Assembly (NCBI GenBank): GCA_951406725.2
Contig: OX597817.1
Location: 90,024,001 to 90,088,000 of the forward strand
Length of the DNA stretch: 64,000 nucleotides
Reading direction: 5' to 3'
From: Octopus vulgaris
Taxonomy: Eukaryota
Shown: piece after piece, positions 13,531 through 26,985 of the stretch
How positions within the stretch are numbered: the first letter of the stretch is position 1
How the letters are laid out: every line of letters starts with the position of its first letter
The notes under the pieces: generated by a model
Told to the model about the DNA's origin: nothing
The model's database searches: none
The model's input: only the letters and a program-made list of their open reading frames with translations
Translations under genes and position numbers: made by a program

Positions 13531-15849
13531 ATGATTAATAGATTAAATATTTAATTTACAATCCTTAATAAAGTGATTGTTAGACATTCAAACTAATTCC
13601 ATGTTTTAATACTTTTCTTACAAAGTCATCTGAGACTACCTTCTTTTTTTTTCGACTGAAATACTTCTAGACAGGGCCACAGTCTAATGACTGAACCAAA
13701 TTAATGACCATTGACAAAAGGCATAAACCATTGCAGATTGTTGTTTATAAATTAGTATTGATTTAAACAAAGGCAAGTGTGTTTTAAATAAAAATCTTGA
13801 GAAAATAATGTAAAGTTAAACCTTAAATAATGTAAAGTTAAACCTTTTGCCAACCACCACAATTATTTCTTGTGGTCACTGAGAAGACGTGGTTTTGTAT
13901 AGTTTTTACAGGGTCACTTTACCAGCTAAAGATAGCAGCAATATCTTTCAGAAAATATGGTGGTCTTGAAAAGAGAAGGATGATCTGAAATGCTAGTTAA
14001 TTGATATGACCACTATAAGCTGGTGCCTTCCAGAAACTGTACCCATGCTGTCTGTCATTCAAATGTCATGACCTTGTGGACAGTTGAAAGACCAGAGGGT
14101 AAGTGAGTAGGCAGACCATGAAAGCTGACTGTAACTGGTAACTGGTCAAAATATCTACAGCCTTGACAAATGAACTGGAATCATTGCTTTAACTGGCCTA
14201 ATGTGTGTTTGTGTGTGTATATAATAGGCATAGATACTGGGTTGAAGGAAAGGGTGTATACAGGATATATGAAACACAATGGAAATTGAGAGCCAGTGAA
14301 TATTGAAGTCATGGTTATTTACTGGATTGACCAAGCATTCCACCCCACTGATTTTGAATACATACACTGTGTGAACGTTTGGTAAACTACACAACTGGTT
14401 GGTTAGTTTATCAATTTGAGAATGTGCAGCCATTAATACTTTAAGCCTGTTGTTTAACTCCAGCATATGCTTGATTTAGTTGAATTGTGAGCCAAGGCAC
14501 TCCACCCATGAACAACCCTTTTTCTTCAGTACAGTGAACCTTGACTACCTTCAATGTGTCCTTCTCCAAGATGGTATGGTGTTTTGTAGTGGAGAGATTT
14601 GGTTGCTATTTGTAGTAGATTGAGCAACTGTACAAACCAGTGTATTGTTACAACTGTTTAAGGATGGCGACACTTTTGTTTCACTGAAATTGAGACCAGA
14701 ACATATATCAGACGGTTACATATGTAACAGTAAAAGTGTCAAAATAAGTAATTAATAAATCAACAAAAATTGTCTGACAATTTATTTTTTCTCTCTTTCA
14801 CACACACAAATACACTCACACACAGTTGCAAGGAGCTGATTAAAAGTGCTACAGATAATACAGAGGCAGGAAGGGATCTTTTAGTTTTGTTGATTTAAGG
14901 AATAAGTAGGGTTTAAGTGAGTCCTTTGTCTTCTGCAATAGTCTTCATGTATGTCATGCATTGAACTTTTGTCTTAGATTCACTTCCACTTGATTCTGTA
15001 TTTGATCTCATTACATTCAGTTGCTTGGAATTGGCTCCAGGTCTGGAATAATTAACTGAGGTTCCTTATTAGCATTTTGTCTATAGGACTATGTTAATCT
15101 CTTATCAGCTTAATGTAAAGATACTTCCAAACACCAGCCTTTATTGAATGTACTGTTGTTAATGTTGCATCAGGCCTAGTTCACCCCAGTGCTGGTAGAC
15201 ATGTGCAGTAGCAAGAAAATATCTCTGAAATCACATCCTGTTATCTTACATAAAAGAAAGACTCTCTGAATAATGTAGTTCTAGTTACACTGTGGCTGAA
15301 TAAAAGATATGGGCATGACTGGAAGATCTTTCATCATAATCACTGCTGGATCAAAGGTTTACTTATAACAACTACATCCATCAATACTAACTGCTAATGA
15401 GGAGACTATAATTGGAGCCAATGTTTTTTTTTAATCTCTTCTTCACAGGTGTAATTTTTAATTAAACATTAAAATTTTTTTTTTTTTGCATCATCCAATA
15501 TATGTACGATATATTAAGTACAATTGTCTTTTGATATCCAAATTTCTAACTGAAAAAAATAAATAATGAAACATTTCTAATAACAAATAATTAAACCAAT
15601 TTTTAAAATATTAAATTTTTTGATGTATCAGTCTTGCTAATAAACATTTAGACTTGGCTGACTTGAAATACAAAAGTGCAATTCATTCTTTGTGATGAGA
15701 TAAGCCAAGGCATTTATTATTATTTTTTTATTGGAGGAGATGTGGGTGTAATGGAAGTAAATTGATGCTAATAGCATGTCACTTGGAGTCAATTTTAGTG
15801 TGTTTTTTTTTTCTTAATTTTGAACCTGTTTTTTTCATTATTTTTCCAG

Positions 15850-15932
15850 ATTTCTTTGATGCTTGTACAACAGAAGAATTAACAAATTTTTGTTGCTGTT
15901 ATCGAAGGTCGGAAAGGTCACGAGACTATGAG
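15850..15932 (+). CDS. MPHOSPH8: MPP8-like exon (NFFDACTTEELTNFCCCYRRSERSRDYE)
   Basis: Acceptor ttttttccag at 15849 and donor GAG|GTAGTG at 15933. The 83 nt convert phase 1 to phase 0, bridging the flanking exons with no stop. Confidence 0.65.
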
Positions 15933-17336
15933 GTAGTGTCCCATTCTTCTCTCTCTCTTACACACACTTTCTCTCGTTCTCTCATTCCTCCCCCTCTCTC
16001 TTTCTGTATACAGATACCCTTTCTCTCTTTCCATAGAATGATTGATTTATGTATTTTATTTTCTAATTAGCTAATTTGAATTTGTGTACATGACTAAGCC
16101 ATTGTTTACAATTTGATCTGTCTTTGTTAGTCTCTCTCACTCTCTCTGTTGCCACTCATGTGTAAAGTTAAGGAGACCAATTGTCTAAGGAATTGAGCCA
16201 CCAGCTTAAAGACCTGAAGTTCAATTCTCCTTTAGATGTTTATTGTTTCTGACTAGAGCATTTTATTCTACATTACTTCATGGCACCAGAATATTTGAAG
16301 AATATTATCTGAAGAGAACTATGTAACACAAGATCTCTTTGTTAATGTTACTTCATATAAAACTGGTGTCATATCCTTTAGCTGGTTCCAGTCAATTGGC
16401 TGCAGTCTTCAAAGGTTTTTAGTGAATCATATTGACCTCAGTTTACAATTTCAATTGGGTGTTTATTTTCTCTTAAATTCATTTCTTCTTACATTCATCA
16501 TCTTAAAAATGTTTTTGAGTAAGCAGTGGGGATGAAAGTGATGCAATTAAGCACACCAGCTTTCACTGTTAAACATTGACACAACCGTACACATGTACAT
16601 GCAAGCGTACACATGATGGTTTTCAGCAGAGTTTGTTTATTAAGTTTCACTAGCAAAGCATTAGTTGACTTGTGGCTGGCCTATCTCATCTCATCCTGAA
16701 TTACAGTGCATAAGTTTGTCTGACACAGAGACAAATAGGAAGCTTAGTGGAGACTTGTGAATTTGCAATGAGTTTGTGTGAAAAAATACTAAAAAAAGTT
16801 GTAGAAAGACTATTGGTCAAGTGAAATGGGATATTGCTATCCCCCTACCCTCATGGTGTGTGGGTGTGTGTATTTTAATTTATAGAATATTCTTTGTCCT
16901 TCAAGCCTTATTGACCTATCTCTGTTCTGTCCATTTCCTTGCATTTGATATTGCCCACCTGGTTGTTCTGTTTCTGTGTATCTTTGTCCCCACCTTCCTG
17001 CCACTTTCATATCCTTATCTGTTTTTTACTAACTGATAAGGCAGAATTGTTGAGAGGAAGCCAAAGATGACAGTTTAGAGATATCAGTTGATAAGGCAGG
17101 AGGGAATGGGGACAGCTCTTTCCTTTGTTGATAACTGACATTATTTCTAAGAGTTCTTGTTGTTCTGTAGCCTTAAATTCAGCCCTAATCAAGGATGCAT
17201 ATGGTCAAAGGTATTCTGACTATGACCATCCTATTTATTTAGTATGTCTTGGGATTATATATGGTTGTTTCTTGTTTGTTTTTTTTAAATATTAAAGATC
17301 AGGTTGCTGTATCAGCGTGTTGAGCAACCACATTGA

Positions 17337-17555
17337 GAGGCAATGAGCTGGCAGAATCATTAGCATGCCAGGCAAAATGCTTAGCAGCGTTTTGTCCATC
17401 CTTATGTTCTGAGTTCAAATTCTGCCAAGGTTGACTTTGTCTTTCATCCTTTCAAGTTTGATAAAATGAGTACCAGTTAAGCACTGGGGACAATGCAGTT
17501 TACTTACCCTCCCCCCCAAAAAAATTGCTGGCCTTGTGCCAAAATATGAAATCAC
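17337..17555 (+). mobile_element. Well-preserved tRNA-derived SINE (Meta-domain-like central motif)
   Basis: A-box-like gagctggcagaatc, B-box-like gagttcaaattc, and central gttgactttgtctttcatcctttcaagtttgataaaatgagtacc. Dozens of related copies occur in the window. Confidence 0.85.
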
Positions 17556-19867
17556 TATATTGATTTAAACATTGTTATTACTATTTAGTTTGTCTGAGGT
17601 GGTATAAGAGTAAAAATTGCTTTCAAAATTTTCATAATTTCATAAACCTCCAGATTTCTCTTTGTAGAAGCTGTTTATTTTATATTGCCTGAGTTAAACT
17701 CAGCCATAAAACTAATAGTAACAATGTTTTAATTTATATTTTGATAATATCAGCATGTGTGTGTATCATTGCCATTTTAACATCCACTTTTCCATGCTGG
17801 CATGGATTGACTGAAACTTACTGATGCAGACTTTCGTTGGTCAGATGTATTTTTTTCTTTTTTGTGTTGCCAACTCTTACCTGCTGTATTATGCTTCTTT
17901 TCAAATAGGTGGAGTGAGGCATTTCAGGCCACATCTGAAGGATCTCAGTTCAGTTCAGTAGTTTCTATACTGTCAACCTCTTGCCCCATAGTGTACTCAA
18001 TTACATTTTGGTTTGAGTTTTTCAAAAAAACATTTAGGATCCAGGTTGTCATTTATGAATGGATGGCAAACCTTTTGTAACATTGTATGTGTGTATGTGC
18101 ATGCATGTTGCAAGCATGGCTCTGTGGTTAAGAAGTTTATTCACAATCACTGTGCCAGTTATTCAAAAAGCCAGACTTGTCATGCAGTTTTGTGCTGATT
18201 TTATCTGGATAATTTGTTAATACATATGTGTGGAATACCCTACCACTTACACAAGTGTTGTACAAGTGATTGAATAATGTACTTATTATGGAAACCAGCT
18301 GAAGTTCCATCAACATATATGCTGTATGTGATTATAAATAAATAAATATATATATATATATATATATATAGAACAAGATGATAATATGCATGTATTTAAA
18401 TACACACACACATACCCAATGTGTGTATTTGAATATGTATGTTACATATTTGTGTGTGTTTACATGCATACAGATAGTTTTATCTTCATTCTCCTATTTC
18501 TACCTCACAGGCCTTACCTCCTTTCACTATATTGTAGTTCAAATCTATTCATTTATACTCTTTTTCCCTCCTTCCCTCTCTTGTAAATAGGTTAAGTCTA
18601 TTCCAACTCTTCCTCCTCCTCCTCCTATTGTTGCACTTTTCCTTTTTTTTTTTTTTTTATTTGAGAGTGATAGTTTTACTTGCATTGTGTGGGTACATTG
18701 TCTGGTTAGTATGGTACACTTCTCAGGGTACTGTTAATGTAGTGGCTCACTAAACTCTATAGTAAACTAAAAATGTATTGCATATCTGAATTATTACAGG
18801 CTGGTCACTTCCTTACATTTGTCACTTCTCAAACAAGCAAGGGTAATGTATGTAAGTGCAGATATAACTCTATGGTTAAGAAGTTCACTTTAAAAGGACA
18901 TGGTTTGGGATTTGTTCCTACTACAAGGACACTGTCAGCTGGTGTTTTCTACTATAGCTTGCAAGTTAGGCATTGTGAGATTTAGAAAATGGAAACTGGA
19001 AGAATCTTTTGTGTGTGTTTACCATAACTTAGTGGTTCAGCAGAAGAGACTGAGAGTAAATACCAGGCTTTAAAAAAAAGAAGAAAGTACTGGGATCGAT
19101 ATATCTGACTAAAAATTCTTGAAGGCTGCACCCCAGTATGACTACTGTCTAATGACTGAAACAAGAGATAAAAGATATATATAATCTTGTATTTACTTAT
19201 GTATGTGTGTGTGTGCATTTCTTTGTTGTGACATGTGCTTACTGATTGAAGGAAAAAGTTATTGTAATACATAAATGGTGTTTCTTTATTATTGATCTGC
19301 AAGAGCATGCTTAACCATTGAGCTGTTTACGGGACAAAGGAGGGTAAAGTTACCTTATGTGGAAACAGGTGAAGAGTTGGTGATAGGAAGAGTGTCCAGT
19401 TTGTAGAGGTATCAACTTAAACAATCTTCATGCAGTGTATGCTAGAACCGAAAAGTAGATGTTATGAGAACGGGTATGTGTGTTCACACTCACATACAAA
19501 TAGACATATATATACATACATGCATGCGTGTACACACACACACACACACACACAAGTGTGTGCTATGTAGAGAAATAAATGTATAAACGTATGTAATATG
19601 TATTCAAATCTGAGGATTCATTTCATTGCTATTCCAAATGAATTATGTCTGTGTTTGAGCAAATGAAGGATTATTCATAACCTTTTGCCTGAATGCACCT
19701 AATTGTGATACTCAGGCTAATGAATAGTAAAACATCAGCTTCAAACTAATAAATAAAGTGTAATGTTAAGGTGTATTTTCTGTTGATTGTACATCCTAAT
19801 AGATTTGAGTGTTTGTGCACAGTCACGTATTTGTGTGTGTATGTGTGTATATATATATATATATATA

Positions 19868-20056
19868 GTGAGAATTTACAAAAACCAAAAGACGAATATG
19901 GGTATGTAAACAACAAACAGATGTATTAGTTTAACACTTGGGAAGTGAGAAAGTGTTTTATGTTTCGAGCCTACGCTCTTCGACAGAAAAGAACACAGAA
20001 ATTCACAGGGAGAGAAAATGAAATAGGTTTAGTGGCTAGCGATCTATCATGGCAAA
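19868..20056 (-). mobile_element. Short Penelope pLTR-like fragment with a variant hammerhead motif
   Basis: The minus strand reads CTGTCGA-A-GAGC-GTAG-GCTC-GAAAC-ATA at about 19959-19986. Flanked by (TA)n/(TG)n. The flank resembles the 57110 element. Confidence 0.5.
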
Positions 20057-20060
20057 TGTT

Positions 20061-20099
<39 letters not shown>

Positions 20100-20856
20100 G
20101 CATATAAAACCAGCAATGTATTTAGTTTTGCCTTGAAAACAAACTTGTAGATTAATGACAGGCTCCTCAATAGCTGAGATTAAGGCTCATTCAACTAGCT
20201 TTGTTTTTATTGAAACTCATCAGAAATAATTTTAATCCCCTCTCAACATTCAAAATGGGGAATATATCATGACTAAAAAATAATTTACATAATCTATTTA
20301 CAGCAGATTCTGTGTGATCAGAATCTGTTGTTACTTATGAAATGCCAGTATTATAGTGGTATTTAGTTATTTTATTAAATTCCTCCACAACCCTTTAGCT
20401 GTTGTTGTCAGCATGATAGCTAAATTTCCCTCAGATCATGCCTTACATAAACAATGACTATCATGCTCATTTGATAACTACATTGTGTTAGGTGTTGGTA
20501 CACTTGTTACTAAATCTCAGCCATCAACCACACGCATATTTACTGCAGTAAATAGTTTGTTTTCAGTATTTATTAGACTATATGTAGTTCTTAACTTTAT
20601 TGATTGAAAGGGGAGTTAAGTGATTCCTGATGATTCTCTTAAGAATTACAAAGCTAGTTGGATACAGCTACTTTTCTCTCTTAGCTCCCAAGGCTCATTT
20701 GGTTTATTGATTTATATTTTCACTGTGACATTAATATATTGTATATAATTTCCAGATATGTTTTATTCTTATGTAAGTATTAGTGCATATGTGTATGTAC
20801 ATTGTTGGTATGTTGACTAAATTAAAACTCACAATCAATTTTTTTCATCCTTGCAG

Positions 20857-20923
20857 AGTGCAGCTTCCACATCAACCAAAAAACCAAGGTTATCCAATGG
20901 TACCGTTCTTCACTTATCCAATG
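20857..20923 (+). CDS. MPHOSPH8: MPP8-like exon (SAASTSTKKPRLSNGTVLHLSN), with an NLS-like KKPRL
   Basis: Acceptor tttttcatccttgcag, donor G|GTAAGT, phase 0 to 1. Joins in frame to the first ankyrin-region exon. Confidence 0.8.
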
Positions 20924-21699
20924 GTAAGTTGATGATTTCTACCAACTTTTGTGACTAAAGTAAATACTTTTGAACAATCTTCAGTTAAATGCCATTATAG
21001 CTGTGTTGGGAGTTTTTCACAAATATTGAGCTTCGGGGCTACTGATCTCTTATAGCAATTCTTGTGGAACAGAAATTCTCATTTCACAAATAATATTGGT
21101 TTGACAAATTCCTGAATAGGTTCACAGAAATACACATTGGTTAATGTAACCTAAGATACACTGTTTGGTTAAGAGATGAGATGGTTGTAACTAATGTCTT
21201 TGATCATAGGTTATTCTTAATGTACAAATATTTCTATATTATCTCAGTTAATAAAGATCTCAGCAATATATAGTGGTTATGTCCTGGTCAAACTGACCTA
21301 TAACCAAAGGTATTTCAGTCTTTGAGTATATGACGGTCACATATTAATCTGATACCTAACCTTATAGTTTTCCTATAGTTTGGCATTCTTATGGGGTGGA
21401 TAGCTTTAGGCTTCAGTTATGGGTTAAGTATTTGAGTGTTTAGTTTGGTGGTCTCACATTTTAGAGCTAGAATTGTCCCTGGCCCGTGTTAAACAGGTTT
21501 TCATTTAGATCAACATTTCATTGGAGATTTTCTCAGAGAAAGTATTGAGGTATCTACCAAGTGAATTTTCTCAGTAACTTAATGTATCACTTCAGGTGAA
21601 AAGCCAAAACAAAAAAATGTAATTTAAGGTACAGCTTCTTTTAAGATTTATTTCATTTTGTCTAAAAAAATTTATTCACTTCATATTTTTCAATTTCAG

Positions 21700-21834
21700 A
21701 TGAATTTACTCAAGCTGTACTAGCAGGTGATTATGGTAAATTAAAATCTGCTTTGAGAGGAGACCGTTGGAGATATGATCTAGAATCTCCAAACAGTGGT
21801 GGCTACACATTAATAATGCAGTCCATCTTGAGAG
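21700..21834 (+). CDS. MPHOSPH8: MPP8-like exon, start of the ankyrin region (DEFTQAVLAGDYGKLKSALRGDRWRYDLESPNSGGYTLIMQSILRG)
   Basis: Acceptor tttttcaatttcag, donor G|GTAAGT. Resembles the MPP8 segment I recall as AVKNGDY..VK.ALNS...YNLDQEDSSGMTLVMLAAAGG. Confidence 0.9.
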
Positions 21835-22646
21835 GTAAGTTGTTTTGAGACCTTACATCTAGGTAGAGGTTTTCTGTCATAGCATGAGATATAAATTTGT
21901 GCTATATGGGAGACAGGACAATAGTTGATTGCTTTAAACCATAGCAGTATCATTAGTATTTAAAAGTTTAATGTTCTATTGGATTAAAGGTTAACTTTTT
22001 TCTTTTAAGATCCCATTGGCTCTTACCCACCTCCATTGCAAATCTGTGACTTTATTAGTAGTAGTCGTAATGAATTTGGTATTTCTCTGGAAAGAAATAC
22101 TGTACTGCTCTACCTGTGTCGCATCAGTATGTTGTTGTGCAGATGGATATTTAAACTTTGATATTTTAGGTAGTTGAGTGAATAGAGTAACAGAATAGTT
22201 GTCAGTTCATATATTGCATCCACCACTGTGATGCATCCAATGGCCATGAAACATGAAACTCTCCAATGGCTCAGTCCATATGACTGCAAACGGCTTTTTG
22301 AAAGGCTGAGAACAATTGGCAGCAAATTAAAAATTCCTATGTAGTTTATTATGGAGCTCTGTTTATGTAATTTGAAGATTTTTCCTAACAAACAGAAATG
22401 ATCATTTAAGAAGGCTAAAAATGTTGCTACCCTTAATTTGTGCATAACTGATGACATGTGATAGAGGGTTTGATGTTGTAACTGAAGATATAATTTGAAG
22501 TGTTTGGTAGTTTGAGTGATTAAAGCTCTTGCTACAGTTAACTTTTGTGTGGTGTGGCCAAACCATTGAAGACTTCATTTGTGTCTATTGCCCATGGTTA
22601 AGATTGTATAATCTTCTACATTTTATGTTTTTTTTATCATTGACAG

Positions 22647-22744
22647 GTTTCAGTGATATTACACTACTGTTGGCACTTGCTGGAGCTCAGTTGGACAAAG
22701 AACTCAGTACTGGTGAAACTGCATTGACCTTAGCTTGTACCAGA
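22647..22744 (+). CDS. MPHOSPH8: MPP8-like ankyrin exon (GFSDITLLLALAGAQLDKELSTGETALTLACTR)
   Basis: Acceptor ttttatcattgacag, donor AGA|GTAAGA, phase 1 to 0. Ankyrin GETAL..A signature. Confidence 0.92.
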
Positions 22745-22892
22745 GTAAGATTTCATTTCCAAATATATTATAACTCTCTTTGTTTCTGTGTTGTATGCCT
22801 TAAAATCCCTTTCATAAGGAGTAGGAGGAAGTGGGGCACTGCCTGTGATGTTTACAGGCTACCTAGACTGCTGAGATTAATGTGGTTATTAA

Positions 22893-23117
22893 CTCTTCAG
22901 CATTCAGATTATTTTGTTAAATATAATGCTTTTTTTTTATTCACATTGTTTTGAATTAACCATGCATTAACTTGTAGCATAAAGATTTTGAAGATGTATT
23001 TGTTTATTTTTGGAATGACACCATAAGATAGGTGTGAAGAACTGAATCTAGCCAGTTTGAGCATAAAACAGTGAGACTATTTGGGCCAGGTAGAACTAGT
23101 TTAAAATGCTTTAGGGG
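22893..23117 (+). mobile_element. piggyBac-type MITE copy B
   Basis: TTAA at 22889-22892 and 23118-23121. Ends CTCTTCAGCATT / AATGCTTTAGGGG. Confidence 0.75.
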
Positions 23118-24427
23118 TTAAGTCTGAATGCCTGGAGGGAAAACATGGTGGGCAACTTCAATAAAGAAATAACTGAATGTTAGCCTTCTCAAGTTTTTTC
23201 TCTTTTATTAAATAAGTCATATAAAGAAGTCTGGAACCTATCACATTTGAGATTAATCAAATCAATTTGGTTCTGTCCAGTTTGAGTGTCTGCAAGACAG
23301 ACATGGGCCAGAATACCTGGACCAAATGTTTTCAACAGAGTGAACTTTGGTAAAGATTCTCAAGAACCTGGTGACATTTTTGGTTCAGCTTGTTTGCAAT
23401 GATTTAGCCAATATGCTGTAAGGTCCAGTTCAAATAAACGCAAGCCATCATTTATTTTCTTCTCTCTGAACTGTCTTTATCAGTTAGTCTGAGATGGTCT
23501 GCAATCACTGTCACTTTGAATTCGCAAAGTTATGGTATTACATTCAGTTTTAATAAAAAAACTTGTAAGTTCACAAATTTTTGGAGTTCTTTTAAAATTT
23601 GAACTTTCAACTGTTAGTATATAACAAATCCTTATCCAGACCTGATCCCAATGCTGGATGTTTGAGAACCAAATGAAGGGCAGATTTTCAATCCTGGGAT
23701 CATCCCAATTCCAAAAAGGTATAATATGTCTATGTAGAGCAAATGTAGACTGAGATACAGGGGCCCCAGACGGACGGACAGACAAAGTTTTAATATTATT
23801 TTAATAGGTGGGCAATAGCAAAATTGATAAAATATAACATCAGATGTCTTGCAATGTTTCTATCACTTTATGCCCTGAGTTTAAATTCCTGTCCAGGTCA
23901 ACAGATTAATAAAATAAATAGCTGTTAATTACTTGGTAAATATTATTGACACTATGAAGTTTATTAGAACTAATAAAAATAGTTTAAAATATATTTTTTA
24001 AATGAGTATTTGTAGTTTGCTTGTTGATGTGAATTTCACTATTTATTCTGCACTGTACACAGGACAAAGACAGTGTAGCTCTTACTAGTTCAGTTTTCAT
24101 GTGGAGGTACACTTTATCTGACTAAATATAGATAGGACACTGCGGAAGTGAGAAAGCATGTGCAAAAATACTTAGTGATTGCTGCATTCAACATCTTGCA
24201 ATATTGTTTGGTTGTTGTTACAGTTTTTTTTTTCCTTCTTTTTAACTATTTTTATTGATTCTAGTCAATGGGTTGTAGCCATTCTGGGGCACCATCTTCA
24301 AGGTGTCAGTAATATTGTCACAGTAATCAACAGCTATTTATTTTATCAATCTGACAACCTGAACAGGAATTTAAATTGTAGCCTACTTGATATAAAAGTA
24401 AATGAAATATAGGCGTAAATGAAATAC

Positions 24428-24593
24428 AGGCGTAGGAGTGTCTGTGTGGTAAGTAGTTTGCTTACGAACCATATGGTTCTGGGTTCAGTCCCACTGCGTG
24501 GCACCTTGGGTAAGTGTCTTCTACTATAGCCTCGGGCCGACCAAAGCCTTGTGAGTGGATTTGGTAGACGGAAACTGAAAGAAGCCCATCGTA

Positions 24594-24640
<47 letters not shown>

Positions 24641-24858
24641 ATGTATGTGCGTGTCTGTGTTTGTCCCCCCAACATCGCTTGACAACTGATGGTGGTGTGT
24701 TTACGTCCCCGTAACTTAGCGGTTCGGCAATAAAGGGACCGATAAAATAAGTACTAGGCTTACAAAGAATAAGTCCTGGGGTCGATTTGATTGACTAAAG
24801 GCGGTGCTCCAGCATGGCCACAGTCACATGACTGAAACAAGTAAAAGAGTAAAGAGTA
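24428..24858 (+). mobile_element. Near full-length, young tRNA-derived SINE with an internal (TA)/(TG) microsatellite and an AAAGAGT tail
   Basis: A/B-box-like head (gtgtggtaag ... gggttcagtccc), CORE-like gcaccttgggtaagtgtcttc, CpG-rich body. Decayed copies at about 570, 1310, 9340, 18860, 29480, 35110 and 54640-55340. Confidence 0.9.
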
Positions 24859-24999
24859 ATATACTGATTAACGTGTCTGATGTTTTTTTACTCTTTTTGT
24901 ACTGATGGGCCCTTGTAGCCAATAAAATATAGTATTATTTAACTGTGTTTAAAACTGTATTGTTTTAAAATAATTATTCTTACTTTGTCTTGATTACAG

Positions 25000-25244
25000 G
25001 GTGAAGTAGAAGCTGTAGAAGTCCTCGTAAAGTTGGGCGCTAACCTAGAAAAATATACGACAAACAAAGAAACGGCGTTAATAAAGTCTGTCTTGAGTGG
25101 CAATATTCACATAGTGAAATTACTACTGGACCATGGTGCTAATATTGGTTTTCAAAACAAGGACAACTTGAATTCGTTGGATTTAGCCAGTAAAAATCCA
25201 AACCTCAGTGATATAGAGAGCCTTCTTTCCAGCTACAGTGACAA
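25000..25244 (+). CDS. MPHOSPH8: MPP8-like ankyrin exon (GEVEAVEVLVKLGANLEK...ETALIKSVLSGNIHIVKLLLDHGANI...LLSSYSD)
   Basis: Acceptor tgattacag, donor AA|GTAAGT, phase 0 to 2. Contains two clear ankyrin repeats. Confidence 0.95.
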
Positions 25245-25980
25245 GTAAGTTGTCTTTTGATACTTTAAATTTATATATCCTCAACACTTATTTCCCAAGC
25301 CAAGATTTATATATTTTTCTCTATCAGTTTGGAATTCCTTTTTATTAGTTCTTTTGATACCAATCTATTTTGTCCAAAATGTTAGCAGAGACTTTAACTA
25401 GTCTATGTTTGCAAGTGTGAAATTTACTAAGTATCAGATGGTGGTGTTAAACCATGCTGTGTGTTAGTTCCATTGTATCCTAACACTGGTTCTAACTGTA
25501 GCTAGCATGTAGTATTCTGCATACTACAGGTTGTCAGTTTACTTTAAACTGATCTTGTGCAGACGATCCAGCCCCAGATAGAATTTGCCTTGTTCATAAT
25601 GTTCTAAGCTTCGTAACCTAGTAATTGCTCAAGGGAGGTAATTCTTACAGCAGTTTTTTTTTTAGTTTATTTGTTTATTTTACAAGAGATTTGATAACTC
25701 CTCTAACTTGTTACTTATCTTTTCTATTTAATTGCTGTGAACTATCGAGACGCAGCCCGTGCTGGAGCACCAGTACCAAACTGCAGATTAAATAGTGAGA
25801 AAGAACTTTTCTAGCTACATAGATATCAAGCAATGTTACTTTAAGTCTTTAGCAGTACTCCTACCTCTTTATTAACTTCACTTTTAAGCCAACAAAATTT
25901 AACACATTTAAGTCCAGCACCCTCTTGATATGATATAATTATGTTATTTTATGTTTTTTTGTTTGCTTTTTTTTTTCCAG

Positions 25981-26132
25981 GATTTCTAGCCAAATGAATC
26001 AGTGCATTAAGAACTGGCTTGGTGAACAGAACACACTATTGGAAGAGGTTTTTCCTCTACAGTGTATGTCTCTTGCTAAAAGCCGAAAAATCCAAATTTC
26101 CTTTCGTCACATTGTAAAGGAATGTACTTACT
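25981..26132 (+). CDS. MPHOSPH8: MPP8-like exon (KISSQMNQCIKNWLGEQNTLLEEVFPLQCMSLAKSRKIQISFRHIVKECTY)
   Basis: Acceptor (t)n-ccag, donor T|GTAAGT, phase 2 to 1. LLEEVFPLQC matches the MPP8 LLEPVFPIAC motif as recalled. Confidence 0.92.
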
Positions 26133-26985
26133 GTAAGTTGTTCAACTGTTTGTATATTTGTTGTTTGTTGTATAGTTTGAGGTCAGCTCTGATTGAGTGT
26201 CATAAACATTTATGAAATGTCAGTAGACAATCAATCAAGTAGGTATAGTTCAGATCTATTCATTAAATATCTGAAGTAACTACATAGAGTTATTTATTAA
26301 CTTCATTGTTAGTGTAGGTGTTAATATTAAGTAAAGGGGTGGTTAATAGCAGTAGCTTTAGACCATTGGACAAAAAATACCTTGAAGTATTTGTTTCTGC
26401 TTTGTACATTTTAGATTAAAATCCCATCAAGGTCATTGTTTTCATCAGTCCTTCAGAATTGATACAAATTTCGTCTGGTAAGTCTTGTGGCTTAGTGGTA
26501 AGGGTTTGGAATGTGGTTTCAATTCCTGGACCAAACTATGTGTTGTGTTCTTCAGCAAATCACTTCATTTCATGTTTCTCCAGTCCACTCAACTGGCAAA
26601 AACAAGTATTCCTGTGACAGACTGGTGTCCCATCCAGTGGGGAATACATATGCCACAGAAATCAACAATCTAGCCCTATTGGTCTAAATGGCTTAGGAAG
26701 GAGCTAGTTTTGTGATAAACAGGTGCCAAGCTGTACTAGGAGATTTGTATTGATGACTGCTTTTTGGATACAACACTCTAATGTTACCGCACTGCACTTT
26801 AACTGTCACTGATTAATGTCAGTTCATGGTCTCACCAGACATAGGGATGCCAAAGGAAAAGGTATTAAAAAACAAAATGTTTAATTTTGAAAATAAAATA
26901 ATGTCTTATCGATTTAGCTCACTGTTTTGGAAATGTGTTTATTAATATTGTTTACATTTCGGATTTTCTCTATTTTACTTTGTAG

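Noticed and set aside
13804-13845. Short direct duplication (aaataatgtaaagttaaacctt x2; similarly ggaaatgtattccataggt x2 at ~40686)
   Set aside because: Ordinary slippage duplications with no further structure.
23480-23810. 101-aa minus-strand ORF and a gacggacggacagac motif, as a possible Helitron-associated element
   Set aside because: No protein family resemblance, and I could not define termini or a second copy.
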